DNA of 64,000 nt from Eledone cirrhosa (lineage: Eukaryota): NCBI GenBank assembly GCA_964016885.1, contig OZ024750.1, forward strand, positions 14,942,001 through 15,006,000. Reading direction: 5' to 3'. Positions 59,401-64,000 of the stretch are shown piece by piece; position 1 is the stretch's first letter, and the number at the start of each line of letters is the position of its first letter. Below the pieces are notes generated by a model that saw only the letters and a program-made list of their open reading frames with translations, made no database searches and was not told where the DNA came from. A program made the position numbers and the translations under genes.

Positions 59401-60148
59401 CTTCTGATTTTTCGGATGATCAACTTAGATGAATTTAGTTGAAAAAAAGCATACAATAACAGCAGAGAGCTGAGATCGCAGTTATATACACACGGTGACG
59501 CAAGACGCTTATCTCTACCTCATTCATAGCTCACACAATACTCGAAGTCATGTTACTTTTCTGACACACCTCGTAATTGTATCTCCACGTTTGTGTTGTT
59601 TAATCTTGGTACATATATACGTATATCTATATATAATCAACATAAAATACGTAGAAGCATTCTCATTATCTACTTTATGTAGCTGCGCTTTGACATACAA
59701 GCCAGTAACACAGATGTCAATATGTTTGTTATTGAAATATTTATATTTCAGAAATATATTTTTATCTTGGAGTCCTCGAGTGTTTAAATGAAACCTCCCA
59801 CGTGAAAGTTTTAAGAAAAGAAGCTGCATTAAGTATTCATGACACAAAAGCCAACCTCCATAAGCAATAAAATCAACAAATACACACACACACACACATA
59901 TATATAAGTATGTATATAAATGTATGTATATATATATGTATAAATATATATATATAGGAACGAGTAGGACCCCGACGGCTGAGCTCAAGCCGTTTCGACG
60001 GCTAATTCTGGAGTCCAGAATTAGCCGTCAAAACGGCTTGAGCTCAGCCGTCGGGGTCCTACTCGTTCCTATTACCCACTCTACTACCCTAAGTATTGAG
60101 TACTTTGGTGCGTTATGGTCCATCTGGTCCCTTACCACATTTCCTTCG

Positions 60149-60195
<47 letters not shown>

Positions 60196-60303
60196 TAAAA
60201 GGAATTCCAACTTTGTCTGATTTACTCGTTTTATTTACAATCCTTTAAAATTATAATATTATAATGAAATAGTATGGTAGAATATTAAATGTTAAGTGTT
60301 AAC

Positions 60304-60342
60304 TGAACAAGTACTTTCATACTTTCGCAATCTTCAGGTTCA
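60304..60342 (-). ncRNA. Minimal type I hammerhead ribozyme (39 nt)
   Basis: Reverse complement reads UGAAC-CUGAAGA-UUGC-GAAA-GUAU-GAAA-GUAC-UU/GUUCA; palindromic AGUACU in stem III. Confidence 0.68.
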
Positions 60343-61987
60343 TATTCAGTGGTGACAGTCAAGTTTGCAATTTTAAACTGACAGTTGTAGTTTGTAGTTT
60401 GAACTTGAAATCCTTTTTTTTGCGACGACACCAGTCCTGTTTCTTTTCTGACACACCTCGTACATAAAGTATTCTTAGTTTCATAAAATTACTAATAGCA
60501 AAGAATATGAAAATCACATGTCGACTAGGTTGTTAGCTTGAAAGCAGTTGTGAATCATTTCCAACACTAATGAACAATAACTACAGAGCATTAGTAAATT
60601 CCACTAGGTGGATTGTAGAGTATCGGTAGAGGGTCGGATGCCATGCTTTGCAGCATAGAGTTACGCCCCTTTACGGCCTGAGTTCAAATCCCGCCGAGGT
60701 TAACTTTGCCTTTTATCCTTACAGGCTCGATGAAATAAAGCACCAGTAATGTACTGGGGTAATTGCTGGCCTTGTGCCAAAAGTAAAACAATTATTACGG
60801 GGTTGATAAAATAAAGTACCAGTGATACACTGGGGTATTTGCTGGCCTTGTGCCAATAGTAGAAACAACTATTACATTGTACATAACATTTTCCATCTTT
60901 GGTTTCCTCTACAACTCCTCCTTCTCTTCACCTCTTCTTGTTTGTCTCTTACACACGTTACTCGCTTTTAAACAAAGGTGTTCGTTTCATGATTATCTTT
61001 ATTCAATTTATTTATCATTGTGTTAAAGAAAATCGGATTTTAAAAACTGTATACCTTTTCAGGTCGCCAGACTTCCTCGAAAGAATTGGTAGTTAAAATA
61101 ATTAATTTAAAGGAAACTGAAAATATCCAAGTAGTCTATGTAAATGTCATAGTATTTGTTAACAGTCTACTTAATATGAGAAAGAATGCATTAATTTCTA
61201 CTGTTTACTGAGAAATTAATTTTATTGTGTTTTCTCAAAATATTAACTCTTTGATGATTTCAGCGTTTCCTTTTAGTTGTGATGGTTTCTTTTTAGTTAC
61301 ATTTCTTTTTTTGGTTATTTTCAGGGCGGTAAATTATTAGAATCATCAGAGCGTCGAACAAAATGCCTCGTGGTATTTGTTTCAACTCTTTACAATTTTA
61401 ATTCAAGTATCATCGAGCTCAACATTGCCTTTCATTCTTTCAAAGTTGATAAAAGAAAGTATGGAACAAGTAACGGGATCAGTACTATATATGCCCGTTT
61501 CCGGCCTTGGGTCTATGCAGGAAATTGTGATTTTACTATTTCCAATTATTGGATTGCATCCAAGGTGTGGGAACGTCTGTAACGTTTTAGTAAAATATAT
61601 CTATCTCCGAACTTATTTTCGTACGATAGTTATTTTATCTAACCACATTGATCGAAATGTAAAAATCATGGGGCAACACACACGGACATGTATACGCTCT
61701 CACACATACACACACAGACACATACGTGCACAAATACACAGACACACGCACTCATACATACATTGACTTGTATATAGTTTCCACTTGACTAATTCTACTC
61801 ATAAAGTACTGGTGAACTTTAGAGAACCGTTACCGATATGGTCTTGGTCTCCCCCCCCCCTACTAAGTGGTAAATGCCAATAAACCGAGAACATTTTGCG
61901 TACATCATTCAGTACTTCTTACGTACATCATTCAGTATTTCTTCCTTTGAATTAGTTTTTATAGAAAACACTTGCCAAGGTGCTGCG

Positions 61988-62340
61988 TAGTGGGATCGAA
62001 CTCGGAACAACGCAAAGCAAACTTCTCCATGCCTATAAGCGCAACAATAACAGTTGGAGAGAGAGCAATGCAATCATTTTATCCACCTCCGGCATCTTAC
62101 TAAGATTGCAAATTTAATCCCACGGAAATTTAAAAGCGGGCTATATAGGGATGACAGACTTAGTGGGATCGAACACGGAACAACGTGGTTGCTAAGCGAA
62201 CTTCTTCAAGCCTATAGGCGCAGCAATAACTGCTGGAGAGAGAAATGCAATCAGTTTATCCGCCTTTGGCATCTTACTAAGATTGCAAATTTAATCCCAC
62301 GGAAATTTAAAATCAGGCAATATAGGGATGAAAGACTTAA
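61988..62340 (+). repeat. ~173-bp tandem duplication with a SINE-head fragment and a possible RT motif remnant
   Basis: Units at 61988-62160 and 62161-62340; they translate as KIANLIPRKFKSGLYRDDRL and ..RQYRDERL. Confidence 0.7.
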
Positions 62341-63732
62341 GCATTTAACCAAGCGCTGGTATTTAGGCTAACGCCTTACTCTCTTTTCTTTGATATAAAA
62401 TAACTATGTTTGCTATTTATTCTCGCCTCATTTACTATACTATCTAATTATTTGTTTATAATTGCCAAATTGCAATTCTGGTAATTTCTTTGTTCTCATT
62501 TTCTCATGATAGCAATTATAATCTATTTATTATTGAAGTACTTTTTGCATTGTTGTTGTGTCAGATAATCTATTGTTCTGGTACAACATCATCATTATTA
62601 TTATTATTATTATTATTAGTATTATCATCATCATCATCATTATTGTTGTTGTTGATGTTGTACATTTATTTATTTTACTATTGAAACGTCAACACATATT
62701 AACCTCCTTCCGCAGGTAAGTCAAAATTTATAGGCGTTTAAACCCGTTTTGGGGTTCTGGAGACTGAATTTTGTTTTTCTGCGTCTTAAGGAAACCGCTT
62801 TTATAGGGTGCCAGGTGACCTTATTCATTTCTGCTCCCCCCCACCTTTGATGAATTTTCTTTTGTTCGAATTTTGAGTTTCATATTTTTTGTTAAAAGTG
62901 ATTTACACGAAACCACTCGGTCCGGAATTCAAACTCACAACTTTACAATCGTAAGCCCAGGATCTTAACCACTACGCCATGTAACTTCCTGTACTAAATC
63001 ATAATCTTACTAAACGGTAGGAATCATTGCTTCCCCCCGCCACCTTCAAGCTTTAAAGTGAGTCGTATTGACCCGCATTGTTACGGTGCTTGATTGAAAG
63101 ACAACACAGCATTGGAAGTAGCCAAATAAAGAGATTATATTGAAGACTGTGATTACTTGTCGTCACACTCCATATAATCTGAAATAGACCGAATTATGCA
63201 CGAAAGCAATATGGCTCTGTGCAACTGACAAGTATTTCGTTTTGGGTTAAAACTTCTGTTATGTGAGCTGCTTGGAAAATTATAGTCTTTAACATTTGCT
63301 TTAGATAATCGATATAAAATCTTCAATGAAACACTCACGATCCAATACATAATAGAACTTGCCAACTACAGAGTATTGAACGAATTTGTTAGTTTGGGAT
63401 ATGAAGAGTTGATAAACTAGATTACGTCATATATGGAAGAGAGTTTTTTGTGACTTACTATTCTAAGTTCATAATACCAGCGTTTCGGCGTTCATATATG
63501 AGTATTAGTTTTTAAGTACCAGTATAAGATGAAATGATGTCTAATTGCTTCATGTATATATATATATATATATATAACAATATATAGTAAGAAACACAGT
63601 AAACCGTGTGTCTAAAATTACAAGGGTTGAAAAACCACATATGCTTGAAATATTTAACCAAGAAACAGACAGGATGACAAAATGAAAATAAAAATATATT
63701 ATCATAATACAAACTGCCTCAATAACCATTAT

Positions 63733-63814
63733 ATCTCTCGGACAGATTATCCCTAATCTGTTTCGCCCTGAGTGTGTTTGTAACAGATAATCCTGGGCTT
63801 CATCAGCGAGAGAT
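63733..63814 (-). ncRNA. Type I hammerhead ribozyme with a stable stem III
   Basis: Reverse complement reads AUCUCUCG-CUGAUGA-A-GCCC-(26 nt)-GGGC-GAAAC-AGAUUA-GGGA-UAAUCU-GUC/CGAGAGAU; 8-bp stem I, 8-bp stem III with GNRA loop, GUC triplet. Confidence 0.88.
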
Positions 63815-64000
63815 TGCAATTAAATGTCACAAACACTATTTGCCAACGTTCACACAGAAAGATGAATTTATCACCTCGTGCGCCGCCAGTCAAACGTGGT
63901 AAGCGCGTATTGAACAGAAATAACAGTCCAACACGCACAACTTAATAGCTCATCCTGTAAGAGAGCCGCTGTGTTTCTTACTATATATTGTTAATCGGCT

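Overview
AT-rich eukaryotic DNA, most likely from an octopod cephalopod (inferred from the SINE sequences and very large (TA)n arrays). The only protein-coding gene I can support is the 3' part of a spliced + strand cadherin-related gene, rebuilt by hand as 8 exons with consistent GT-AG phases (3880-16749). It encodes two EC repeats, a non-EC membrane-proximal domain, one TM helix and a short tail ending SSLV*. Nearly all long ORFs in the supplied track are microsatellite or minisatellite artefacts. The rest is repeats: two tRNA-derived SINE families, CRE-like non-LTR 3' ends, RTE and Penelope-like (PLE) fragments, hAT, piggyBac-like and Tc1-like MITEs, a solo LTR and minisatellites. The main hidden signal is that many short unique islands and fold-back palindromes next to (TA)n tracts carry type I hammerhead ribozyme (HHR) folds. 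I count 11 recognisable copies from several unrelated sequence families, plus degenerate and half copies. PLE-associated minimal HHRs are a known class. The density, the fold-back architecture and one sense copy in the last cadherin intron deserve follow-up. All folds and alignments were done by eye.
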